A stretch of 64,000 nt of DNA from positions 1-64,000 of the forward strand of contig JAKFBS010000001.1 in the NCBI GenBank assembly GCA_036677065.1. The letters are read 5' to 3'. The notes beneath the pieces are model-generated. The model saw only the letters and a program-made list of their open reading frames with translations. It did no database searches and was not told where the DNA came from. Positions 9,700-17,998 of this stretch are shown here, piece after piece. Each line of letters starts with the position of its first letter. The stretch's first letter is position 1. The position numbers and the translations under genes are program-made. The stretch comes from Bdellovibrio sp. GTDB lineage: Bacteria; Bdellovibrionota; Bdellovibrionia; Bdellovibrionales; Bdellovibrionaceae.

Positions 9700-10661
9700 A
9701 ATGGTTAACGTTTATTGTTATCGCCTTCTTTGCCCATAACTCATTCGCCGCAGGCTCATGCGAAAATATCGATTTGCGCGATCAACTTGGTCCTGTGCTA
9801 AACCAAGATGGCACGGGATTATGTTATGCCTATACCGCTAGTGACATCGTTTCTCATAGATTAGGTCGCAAGGTTTCTCCGGTAGATATTGCTCTTCAAT
9901 ACACCAAACATCGAGATGAACTAATGGTGCGCGGTGCTGGCAGTAAATATTTAAATCAAGTCACTGATGAGCGCAAAAGAGACATCTTTCATGGTGGTTG
10001 GGTTAGATATGCTTTGCAGTATTCTAATCAAGTAGGATTTTGCGCGGACGAAAAAATTAATTCGAATGATTTCACAACTAATCGTGGCTTATTCAAAGGC
10101 TTAGTTAACTTAAATCAATTAAGTTTGCATCAATATAGTTTAGATAGTTCTACTGGCGAATCTTGCGGAAAATTTGCTGAAATTCAAAAAGTTTTTCCAG
10201 GCGTAAGCATCCGTGAAATACAAGACATTGCCAATCGAAGCGACATAACAAATGTTGGGGCTAACTTAACTGATAAAGCTTGCGAACCTCGTATCACATC
10301 AACAACACCAATGAAGTTTAAAAATCTGCATAACGAAAGCAGTAGATCTGAAATTTTGCGCAGTTCTGATTTTAACGAAATCGACCGTGTTCTTAGCAAA
10401 AAACAACCTGTATCGGTTTCAATTTTTATGGATAAAATCTATAGCTTTGGCAAATCAAGTATCGCAAAACAACCCCGCCACGCCATTACACTGGCCGGAA
10501 GAAAATATAATCCGGCGACTGGCAAATGTGAATATATCTTAAAAAATTCTTGGGGACCAGAATGTGATCGCTATTATAAAGTACGTTGCGAAAATGGCTA
10601 TTTATTCGTGCCTGAAGAAACCTTTAAATCAATTGTCTATGGGGCTGATTACATCGAATAA
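9696..10661 (+). CDS. Secreted papain-like (C1) cysteine peptidase
   Basis: QDGTGLCYAY (Gln/Cys), HAITLAG (His), KNSWG (Asn); signal peptide. Confidence 0.85.
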   Translation: MKWLTFIVIAFFAHNSFAAGSCENIDLRDQLGPVLNQDGTGLCYAYTASDIVSHRLGRKVSPVDIALQYTKHRDELMVRGAGSKYLNQVTDERKRDIFHGGWVRYALQYSNQVGFCADEKINSNDFTTNRGLFKGLVNLNQLSLHQYSLDSSTGESCGKFAEIQKVFPGVSIREIQDIANRSDITNVGANLTDKACEPRITSTTPMKFKNLHNESSRSEILRSSDFNEIDRVLSKKQPVSVSIFMDKIYSFGKSSIAKQPRHAITLAGRKYNPATGKCEYILKNSWGPECDRYYKVRCENGYLFVPEETFKSIVYGADYIE

Positions 10662-10668
10662 TCAAAAT

Positions 10669-11748
10669 TTATCCGCGCGAACGAAATAAACAAAAGTTTC
10701 CGTAACTAAACACCTGAGGTGCTGACCAGTTTTTCTTTTCAGCTACAGTCATAAATTGTTCACGAGCATTGCCTTTAGTAATGATCATAATTTTTTTAGT
10801 CGCTGCAATCGCATTAAGTTGCGCAATCACATGCATATATGTTTCTTCAGTAAAGGGATCGAACATATAATAAACTTCAGCTTCAGGAATTTTAAAACCT
10901 GCTAACGAAAGATCTTGATGAAAAAACTGAGTTTTCTTCTGAATACCTAATTTGTGAGTAGCAGCATTTGCTAAATCAACACGGTTACTTACAAACTCAT
11001 AACCCTTAAAATCGATATCTGGACGTAACAAGCTCACAACTAAGCCTACCCGGCCATAGCCAGAACCTAAATCAACAAAGCGTGCGTTTAATGGTATACG
11101 CAGATAATTAAGCGCAATGATGATCGTATTATAAGTCGATTGAACACCTACGCCAGAGCCTTGATAAATTCGCTCTAGAGTTTCATCTGCAGCTTCTGTA
11201 GATTGCATTTCAATTTTATAATCCAAATTAAAAACATGATCTAAAACATCAAAAGTGCGATCTAAAGAAAAGCTGACCGGTTCTTTTTTATCATCGTATT
11301 GATTGTGAAGTTCTTGTTCGAATTCAAAGATTTCCAACATCAATTTTAAACATTGAATAGTAAATACAGAATGCTCGCTATTTTCTAAATGCGTAATTTC
11401 AACTAAAAAAGTTTTTAGGATCAACGTCACGTTACGGCGCATGACTTCAATTTCTGCGATATCTGCAGACTCAAGCGTCGAATGTAAAAATAGAATTAAG
11501 CTAAGTTCTTGCTTGAAAAACTTTTTAACAAAGTTTCCGAAATGGGCTGGTTCTGATTTTTCTTTATTGTAGATCCAGTACTGCTCTTGAATAAATCGAA
11601 AAATCGTAATTAGAAATGCAGTATCAATAAATAGAGAGGCACGCTCGCGTACGGGCAATGAGCGCCATAGCGAGGTGATATCATTTTCACAGAGGCTTAA
11701 ATTTTTATTTTTTAATAGAAGTATAAAGCTCTGTTGGTGGGTTCTCAT
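10669..11748 (-). CDS. Class I SAM-dependent methyltransferase (DOT1-like C-terminal domain)
   Basis: FVDLGSGYGRV, GYE....RV, YMFDPF; about 190-aa uncharacterised helical N-terminus. Confidence 0.8.
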   Translation of the reverse strand: MRTHQQSFILLLKNKNLSLCENDITSLWRSLPVRERASLFIDTAFLITIFRFIQEQYWIYNKEKSEPAHFGNFVKKFFKQELSLILFLHSTLESADIAEIEVMRRNVTLILKTFLVEITHLENSEHSVFTIQCLKLMLEIFEFEQELHNQYDDKKEPVSFSLDRTFDVLDHVFNLDYKIEMQSTEAADETLERIYQGSGVGVQSTYNTIIIALNYLRIPLNARFVDLGSGYGRVGLVVSLLRPDIDFKGYEFVSNRVDLANAATHKLGIQKKTQFFHQDLSLAGFKIPEAEVYYMFDPFTEETYMHVIAQLNAIAATKKIMIITKGNAREQFMTVAEKKNWSAPQVFSYGNFCLFRSRG

Positions 11749-11978
11749 TACCTACCAACGTTTTTGTGTCGGTGAGTAATTAGTCCGTGCGTTGGATCAT
11801 ACGGAGATAATCCAACGTCAACAGAGTCACCTACAACAACCTTGATATTAAACTTTTTCATTTTACCACACAGTCTAGCTTGGACTTTTACGCCGTTGTC
11901 TAGAGTGATGTGGTAAACGCCGCCCCCTGAAAGGTCATGTATTTTGCCTTTCAGAGTAACCAGGTCGTCTTTAGCCAC
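11748..11978 (-). CDS. infA: Translation initiation factor IF-1 (divergent, probable paralogue)
   Basis: MAKDD...GKM...GD.V.V.LSPYD...G.IT.R. Confidence 0.88.
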   Translation of the reverse strand: MAKDDLVTLKGKIHDLSGGGVYHITLDNGVKVQARLCGKMKKFNIKVVVGDSVDVGLSPYDPTHGLITHRHKNVGR

Positions 11979-12295
11979 TAGTAACGACCGCCGCCGCCAC
12001 CGCCGCGAGATCCGCCGCCGAAGCCGCCACCGCGATTAGTTTTAGGTTCCATTGGTTTAGCTACAGTAACAGTCATAGCACGTTGTAATTGCTCAGAACC
12101 GTTTAATTTTTGGATAGCGTCGTTAGCTTCAGCTTCAGTAGACATTTCTACGAATGCGAAACCTTTAGAGCGACCAGATTCACGGTCCATGATGATTTTT
12201 GTAGATTGAACGTTACCAACTTCAGAAAATAAGTTAGTTAGAGTTTGTTCATCCATTTTAAAAGATAAGTTTCCAACGTATAGTTTGTTGTTCAT
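11978..12295 (-). CDS. RRM RNA-binding protein with Gly-rich tail
   Basis: RNP2 LYVGNL, RNP1 KGFAFVEM, C-terminal RGGGFGGG. Confidence 0.95.
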   Translation of the reverse strand: MNNKLYVGNLSFKMDEQTLTNLFSEVGNVQSTKIIMDRESGRSKGFAFVEMSTEAEANDAIQKLNGSEQLQRAMTVTVAKPMEPKTNRGGGFGGGSRGGGGGGRY

Positions 12296-12296
12296 A

Positions 12297-12312
12297 ATTC
12301 CTCCTCAGGAAT
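12297..12312 (-). promoter_or_regulatory. SD-sequestering hairpin of first RRM gene
   Basis: Minus strand ATTCCT-GAGG-AGGAAT, a perfect 6-bp stem over the SD. Confidence 0.5.
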
Positions 12313-12499
12313 AAAGTGTTCGCCTAAGAAGAAAGAGCTTAATGCTTTTGATCGATAGTACAGAACGGTTGAGACTTAGATTTAAACTATTTTTGCGTCT
12401 TTACCTAGCAAATAATGCTTTTTCTTTCAGAAGCTATTCTATTCGATATAAAGGGAATTTTTACCCCATTTGCTCAACTTTTAATTGTTGAGAGCTAGT

Positions 12500-12970
12500 T
12501 TAATGCAGAAGCTTTGTGCCCACCGTGTTAACAGAGGCATTTACCTCGGCACTAGTCGCATCGCGAACTTCAAGGGCTTCGATTTCAAATACCAGATCCT
12601 GACCAGCTAGCGGATGGTTTCCATCCAGTCTAATAAAGTCATTTTGAAATTCTACAACTTTGTAGGTTCTAGAGTTTCCGCTTTTTCCGATAATCGAAAT
12701 AATTTGGCCAATGCGAAGATCTTTTGCGAGCTTTTTAACAGGATAAAGAATAATTTTTTGCAGGTCATAAAAACCGTAAGCTTCACTGGCAGTGATACTA
12801 ATTTTTCGGTGTTCGCCTTTTTTTAGATTTTGTAAACCTTGAGTAAGCCCAACTAACATGGTGTCAGCCGGATTAACTGAAGTTAAAACATCACGATTGT
12901 AGGTAGTGCTAATTAACTGACCGGCTGTATTTTTTAGAATGCAGTTAAATGAAACAATTTGCGAATTCAT
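12500..12970 (-). CDS. FKBP-type peptidyl-prolyl isomerase (SlyD/SlpA-like, no His-rich tail)
   Basis: EAYG, LDGNHPLAGQDLVFEI. Confidence 0.85.
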   Translation of the reverse strand: MNSQIVSFNCILKNTAGQLISTTYNRDVLTSVNPADTMLVGLTQGLQNLKKGEHRKISITASEAYGFYDLQKIILYPVKKLAKDLRIGQIISIIGKSGNSRTYKVVEFQNDFIRLDGNHPLAGQDLVFEIEALEVRDATSAEVNASVNTVGTKLLH

Positions 12971-12990
12971 CAGTTCCCCTATCGCGAAAA

Positions 12991-13017
12991 TAAAAACCGA
13001 CCTGTTACGGTCGGTTT
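12991..13017 (-). terminator. Intrinsic terminator after second RRM gene
   Basis: AAACCGACC-6-GGTCGGTTT stem with T-run on minus strand. Confidence 0.75.
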
Positions 13018-13040
13018 AATTAATTTTTAACTAAAAAAAA

Positions 13041-13310
13041 TTAGTATGAATTAGTACGAGGAGCCATTGGTTTAGCTTCTGAAACATTCATAGCGCGACC
13101 ATCAAAATCAGTTCCGTTAAAACGGCTGATAGTTGTCGTAGCTTCTGCAGAAGTAGACATTTCTACGAATGCAAAGCCCTTAGAGCGACCAGAATCGCGA
13201 TCCATGATGATTTTAACTGATTGAACAGTTCCACACTCAGAAAATTTATCACCTAATGATTGATCAGTTGCAGAATATGGCAAATTGCCAACGTATAATT
13301 TATTACTCAT
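13041..13310 (-). CDS. RRM RNA-binding protein (second copy)
   Basis: LYVGNL, KGFAFVEM; clear paralogue of 11978-12295. Confidence 0.95.
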   Translation of the reverse strand: MSNKLYVGNLPYSATDQSLGDKFSECGTVQSVKIIMDRDSGRSKGFAFVEMSTSAEATTTISRFNGTDFDGRAMNVSEAKPMAPRTNSY

Positions 13311-13386
13311 AAAAACCTCCTAAAGGCTTGAGCGCTACTTCGGAGGAATTGAACAGAATGAACAAGGTCTCTAACTTAGCTATTAC

Positions 13387-13413
13387 TTATCGGCACCTTA
13401 CCACGAATAGAAA
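13387..13413 (-). promoter_or_regulatory. sigma28 (FliA)-like promoter
   Basis: TTTC-N15-GCCGATAA on minus strand; consensus -10, weak -35. Confidence 0.5.
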
Positions 13414-13521
13414 CATGCACCTAAATTATAATTATTCAAATCGTTGCAGTCGCATTTGAACTAGATAGTTTATGTTCGATTTCTTGACGACTCAGAACGA
13501 TTAGAGATTTTTTTGAGTACT

Positions 13522-14202
13522 TTATGCCCAGATGGGTTGAACTCTTCTTTGCTCGATGGCTTCGAATAAGTTTTCAACGGATTTTTCCCCGATATTAACC
13601 AAGGTTTTCCAAGATTCAAACTTTGTAGGTCCGTGAAAATCACTCGAGGCCACTACCGGTAGTTGTGAGTTAAAGACTTCCTGAGACATATGATTTGCGG
13701 TAGCACATTCCCACGCATCTATATGTAATTTTAGTTCTTCACGGTTATCCCATAAATAAGTTGTTTTAAATTCGTAAGGTTTTTCCCACAAGGGATGAGC
13801 AGCAATCGAAAAAAATTCTTGGTTTTCAATAAGCAGATCTTTGACTGCTTTATTTGGATCAATGTAGCGATCGACACCTAAAAAAACAATGTGTGCGCCC
13901 TTTTGCCGTGACCAAGAATTTAATGTGACTTCAACTCCAGCAATTAGAATCATATTATATTTCTCCCAAGCGCGTTTTGCTTCGGACTTTATAAGTGCCA
14001 AGTATTGATCCATTGTTTTTGCTGTAAGCGAAAGTTTAAGGGCGCGGGTTACAATGCCAGTTAAAGTTTTTGAATCTGCTAGATGATCAGTAATCGCAAT
14101 AAAACTAAAACCTTTTTTTCCATAAAGATCGACAATTTCAGGAATACTTAGCTTTCCATCGCTAAAATTCGAGTGAATATGTAAATCTACAAGATGCTTC
14201 AT
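13522..14202 (-). CDS. PHP-domain phosphoesterase
   Basis: DLHIHSNFSDG, AITDH, AAHP, SSDFH; start at ATG 14202. Confidence 0.88.
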   Translation of the reverse strand: MKHLVDLHIHSNFSDGKLSIPEIVDLYGKKGFSFIAITDHLADSKTLTGIVTRALKLSLTAKTMDQYLALIKSEAKRAWEKYNMILIAGVEVTLNSWSRQKGAHIVFLGVDRYIDPNKAVKDLLIENQEFFSIAAHPLWEKPYEFKTTYLWDNREELKLHIDAWECATANHMSQEVFNSQLPVVASSDFHGPTKFESWKTLVNIGEKSVENLFEAIEQRRVQPIWA

Positions 14203-14273
14203 ATCAGATAAGTCTGAGCGACAACGCATCAGAAGTCATATTAGCTTCGGGTCAGGAACATGTTCGTATTGTG

Positions 14274-14636
14274 TTAAGAGTCTTTTAACATTTGTTCGGC
14301 TCCAGAAAGCCGAAACCAAAACCGTTCAGAAAGAAAAATACTTAAACCTATTAATGGCACCAAGAATAGCACACCGAAAAATCCCAATAGAATATAGAGC
14401 TTGGCGTTTACATCTGCTAGCGGCAAAAGCCATACTCCCGTAATGACCATTCCTAAAAAACCAAAAACCATTAACTGCAAAGTAAAAAATGCAAGTAATG
14501 CGATGATAATACTTCGACGAGTCGCTTGTAGCATTTTTAAATAAATTAAGATGGCTTTTTTCTTAACGTGACCAAACGCGTATTTATACGCCATCTGACT
14601 TAAAAAAAATGAGAAAATCTTTCGCATCCAATTCAT
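14274..14636 (-). CDS. Two-TM membrane protein (YqjE/holin-like)
   Basis: Two hydrophobic helices; sits downstream of a DUF883 gene as in yqjD-yqjE pairs. Confidence 0.55.
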   Translation of the reverse strand: MNWMRKIFSFFLSQMAYKYAFGHVKKKAILIYLKMLQATRRSIIIALLAFFTLQLMVFGFLGMVITGVWLLPLADVNAKLYILLGFFGVLFLVPLIGLSIFLSERFWFRLSGAEQMLKDS

Positions 14637-14648
14637 TGTTTTTTCACA

Positions 14649-14945
14649 CTAATCTTGTTTGCGCTGACCGAAAATCCAACCGACGACAAATGCAATTAAG
14701 CCCACAAGGCCTAATACAACCCATGGGTTTTCTTTTACTTTGTCTTCAACTTGATTTTTTGTTTTTTTAACCTCAGTTTCAACATTCGTTCTAAGGTCAT
14801 CTAAATAGGGCTTAAGATCATCTAAACTTTTGCGAAGTTCATTATAATCTTTTTCTAAAATTTCTTTAAAATCCTGAACTTTTCCATGGCTTGCATTTTC
14901 AAGTTTTTCAATAGCTTCTGAAAGTGATGTTGGTGTCTTAGCCAT
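14649..14945 (-). CDS. DUF883 / ElaB-YqjD family tail-anchored protein
   Basis: Coiled coil, then VKENPW.VLG....AFVVGW. Confidence 0.8.
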   Translation of the reverse strand: MAKTPTSLSEAIEKLENASHGKVQDFKEILEKDYNELRKSLDDLKPYLDDLRTNVETEVKKTKNQVEDKVKENPWVVLGLVGLIAFVVGWIFGQRKQD

Positions 14946-14977
14946 GATGTATCCCCTTGTTGAAAGAATCACTTCAC

Positions 14978-15004
14978 TTATCGGTTCATTTCGAGAAAAA
15001 ATGA
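14978..15004 (-). promoter_or_regulatory. sigma28-like promoter
   Basis: TCAT-N15-ACCGATAA upstream of DUF883 gene. Confidence 0.5.
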
Positions 15005-15071
15005 ATACAGACTTTAGTCATTGTCGATCTTGCCATACCTTAGATTTGATTGCCTAATAGACTTTCAGCAC

Positions 15072-16124
15072 ATGGCAAAGCAAAATCGTAACCGATATTT
15101 CTTTATTTTATTTATCCTCATCGCAATAGCTGCATTCTACCTGACAAAAAAGCGTTCTGCGAATCTGCAAAACGCAGTCATTCCAGTTACAACCAATGCT
15201 GTTTCTTCGCAAAACGCTGCGACCCTAGTTAGTGCGACGACCACATCAGTTGAAAGTACTTCTTCTGGTTCAGCAGCCGTTACAACGACAACTAACGAAT
15301 TTCCTGCAGAAGTTCAGGCAACCGCAACCTGTTACGGTCGCATGTTAGAACTCGTACAAGTAGATAAAGCTGGTGAAATCGCTTTTAACAAACGTGCAGA
15401 TGATACTTTGTTGGGTGTGGTAGATCTTTGGTATTACGACATCACTTACCCGATTGAACATTCGGCAGAATCAACTCATACCGGAAAATTTATCTACGCA
15501 TTAGCTATCGGCGATTTGTTGCACGGAATTCAAAACGAAAAAAAAACATTAGATAGAAATTTAGCTTTAAAACTCTTAAATGAAGTTCATCTTAAAGACC
15601 CAAAAAATTCTGCCCCACTTGCCCATATGGCGATTATTTATGATGAACTCAAACAGCCCGAGCAGGCAAAAAAAATAGCCGCACTTATCACAAGCTCAAC
15701 CGATCATTTTGATTCCTATTTATTAAAAGTAAGACGCGCTATTTTAAGCTTAGCGCAAACACCTGCTGACTATGTCCGCGTCACATCAATTGAGTTTGCC
15801 CTTCCATCTTTGGATCAAAAAAAATTAATAAATTTAATGACGACATACAAAATTCCATTACTGGCCGAACAAATGATGGTGGATGGTTTAAACCCCGCAA
15901 ATGAATATGTGGGATTAGAATGGGATCAGTTTCAATATGCCGCCGGCTGCGGGGCAATGAAAAAACTTGATAACAATCATAAATGCTTAAGCGTTTTCGA
16001 TCTTGAAGACGTTAAAGCAAAAACATATGACATGATACCTACGAATTTGGGTAAAAACTGTACTCTGCAAGAATTCGAATCTTCAGTTAACACGATTAAA
16101 AAAGTTTTAGAAAAATATAAATAA
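15072..16124 (+). CDS. N-terminally anchored periplasmic protein with Ser/Thr linker and helical domain
   Basis: TM helix after MAKQNRNRY; S/T/A-rich linker; TPR-like DPKNSAP..HMA. Confidence 0.65.
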   Translation: MAKQNRNRYFFILFILIAIAAFYLTKKRSANLQNAVIPVTTNAVSSQNAATLVSATTTSVESTSSGSAAVTTTTNEFPAEVQATATCYGRMLELVQVDKAGEIAFNKRADDTLLGVVDLWYYDITYPIEHSAESTHTGKFIYALAIGDLLHGIQNEKKTLDRNLALKLLNEVHLKDPKNSAPLAHMAIIYDELKQPEQAKKIAALITSSTDHFDSYLLKVRRAILSLAQTPADYVRVTSIEFALPSLDQKKLINLMTTYKIPLLAEQMMVDGLNPANEYVGLEWDQFQYAAGCGAMKKLDNNHKCLSVFDLEDVKAKTYDMIPTNLGKNCTLQEFESSVNTIKKVLEKYK

Positions 16125-16186
16125 AAGCGGCGACTAAAAGCACTGTGTTGTTCTGTGTTTTTTCTCAATATGAGGCTGTTCGGTGC

Positions 16187-16202
16187 TGGCTTTTCTTTTG
16201 CT
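16187..16202 (+). promoter_or_regulatory. sigma54-type promoter
   Basis: TGGCTTTTCTTTTGCT (GG-N10-GC) about 24 nt before ATG, followed by GAGG SD. Confidence 0.55.
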
Positions 16203-16225
16203 CCTTATAAAATTGAGGTGCCAGT

Positions 16226-17998
16226 ATGAAAAAACTCTTTAAACAAGCTCTGTTTACTTTAGCTCTTTCGCTAAGCCATGTTCCTTCGGCTTTAGCTCAA
16301 GAAGCGAGTGAGTTTCTTCCCGGAAACATCAAGCCGGAAGCTATTGTCACTGTCAAAGAGATTTCCGACTGGCTAAAAGTTTTCCAGGATGGGCTTAAAA
16401 AGAATTACGGTGTTGATCAAGTCTATATAGGTGGTGGCTCGTCGCGGGCTATTTTAGATGCTATTTATCAAAACCAAATGCCGGATATGCGTGATTTGGA
16501 TATTTTTGTTGTTCTTGATCGAGAAGTGACTTTTGAAAATTCTAAAGAACTAGGTCAAAAATTAGAATCGACAGAGTTAGGCCGGTTTGCCTTAAATGAA
16601 TTACGCCCCCGTCCCCGTCCCAACAAAAAACTTTTACCTGATATGAAAGCGGCTCTCAGCCATAATGCCGGTTATGGATTCTTCTGGCTAAAAGACGGTA
16701 ATATTTTTGATTTATCTATTTACCATTCGCGCGGTGATCTGGCTTTAAATGGCATTCTCAATTTTGATATGGTCATGATTCCTCTTAAAGATGAAACTCT
16801 TGAAAGTTGGTTCGATAAAAATAAAGATAAGTCGGTTGAACAACTGTTGAAAAGACGCCTCGTAGTTGATGAACACGGGGGTTATGTTGATTGGCTTAAA
16901 AAAGACGGCAAATTGGTTAATGACTTAAATATCGCGGCTGATCCACACATCGTGTCTATTCGTTTGGCGCGTTCTTTCGCCAAAATCGGACGCATTGGTT
17001 TACCTGATGCTTTAAAAGAAACTCTACAACAGGCTTTAGAAAGACCACCGAAGAATCGACTGCAAATCATTCGTAATCTAGAAAAAATGATCGAAGATAA
17101 AGTAGCCTATTCAGAATTAAAAACTCTTCAAAGTATCGGGTTTTTTAAAATTTATCCTGAATTAAATCAAATTCTGTCAAAAATTAAACCGCTGGAACTT
17201 AAAAAATATTTAGCGAATTTCGTAGCTAGAAAAACAACTCAAACACCTTTGATTGCTTCTCTTTACGAAATGCTTAGCGCTCAAAATAAATTAGAACTGG
17301 CTAAAGACATTGAATTAGTTCACCCAAAATGGGCCCAACATGAGATACAAGTTCTCAATGACAAAATGACCGGCAGAAAAAGAATTGGTATTTTCACCGG
17401 CGTATTTAATCCGATTCATTCTGGACACATCGAAGTAATTCAAAATGCAATCAAAGCCGGGCAACTGGATGTTATTTACATTATCCCGACGCCAGCAACT
17501 ACTCACAACGAAAAACCAATTGAATGGAAACATCGCTTAGAAATGGCTCGCATGGCCACAGAAAGTATCTCTCAAGTTCGCGTGATCGATCCGTCGTATT
17601 TAACTACTCTGAATATTAATACAGGTGAAGCCATCAGAAAGCTTCAAGCCGATTTAGGCACAGGTAATTCATTCGTCCAAGTTATGGGTCTTGATTCTTT
17701 CGAACGATATCACCACGCCGGCCGTTACGACAAAACTGCAAAAAATGAAATTCTGGTGATGGCTCGTGGTGGTGGTGTATTACCTTTACCTGAAACAGAA
17801 ATCGGATCTAATCTTATTTATTTCGATAAACAAAAAACTGAAAATTTCAAAGAAGAAAATCGTTCTTCAACTCAAATTAGAAATATTTTAGAAACAGGCG
17901 GATCAATTAAAAAACTTGTTTCAGAAAAAGTAGAACAGTACATACATAAAAATAGCCTGTACAAACCACAAGCTTTAAAATGTGGCGCTCTGTTTTAA
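16226..17998 (+). CDS. Secreted fusion: CCA/poly(A)-polymerase-like nucleotidyltransferase plus NadD-like cytidylyltransferase-family domain
   Basis: Signal peptide ALA-QE; GGGSSRAILD...RDLDI; ADPH...RLARSF; TGVFNPIHSGH, HRLEMA, MGLDSF, SSTQIR, YIHKNSLY. Confidence 0.75.
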   Translation: MKKLFKQALFTLALSLSHVPSALAQEASEFLPGNIKPEAIVTVKEISDWLKVFQDGLKKNYGVDQVYIGGGSSRAILDAIYQNQMPDMRDLDIFVVLDREVTFENSKELGQKLESTELGRFALNELRPRPRPNKKLLPDMKAALSHNAGYGFFWLKDGNIFDLSIYHSRGDLALNGILNFDMVMIPLKDETLESWFDKNKDKSVEQLLKRRLVVDEHGGYVDWLKKDGKLVNDLNIAADPHIVSIRLARSFAKIGRIGLPDALKETLQQALERPPKNRLQIIRNLEKMIEDKVAYSELKTLQSIGFFKIYPELNQILSKIKPLELKKYLANFVARKTTQTPLIASLYEMLSAQNKLELAKDIELVHPKWAQHEIQVLNDKMTGRKRIGIFTGVFNPIHSGHIEVIQNAIKAGQLDVIYIIPTPATTHNEKPIEWKHRLEMARMATESISQVRVIDPSYLTTLNINTGEAIRKLQADLGTGNSFVQVMGLDSFERYHHAGRYDKTAKNEILVMARGGGVLPLPETEIGSNLIYFDKQKTENFKEENRSSTQIRNILETGGSIKKLVSEKVEQYIHKNSLYKPQALKCGALF

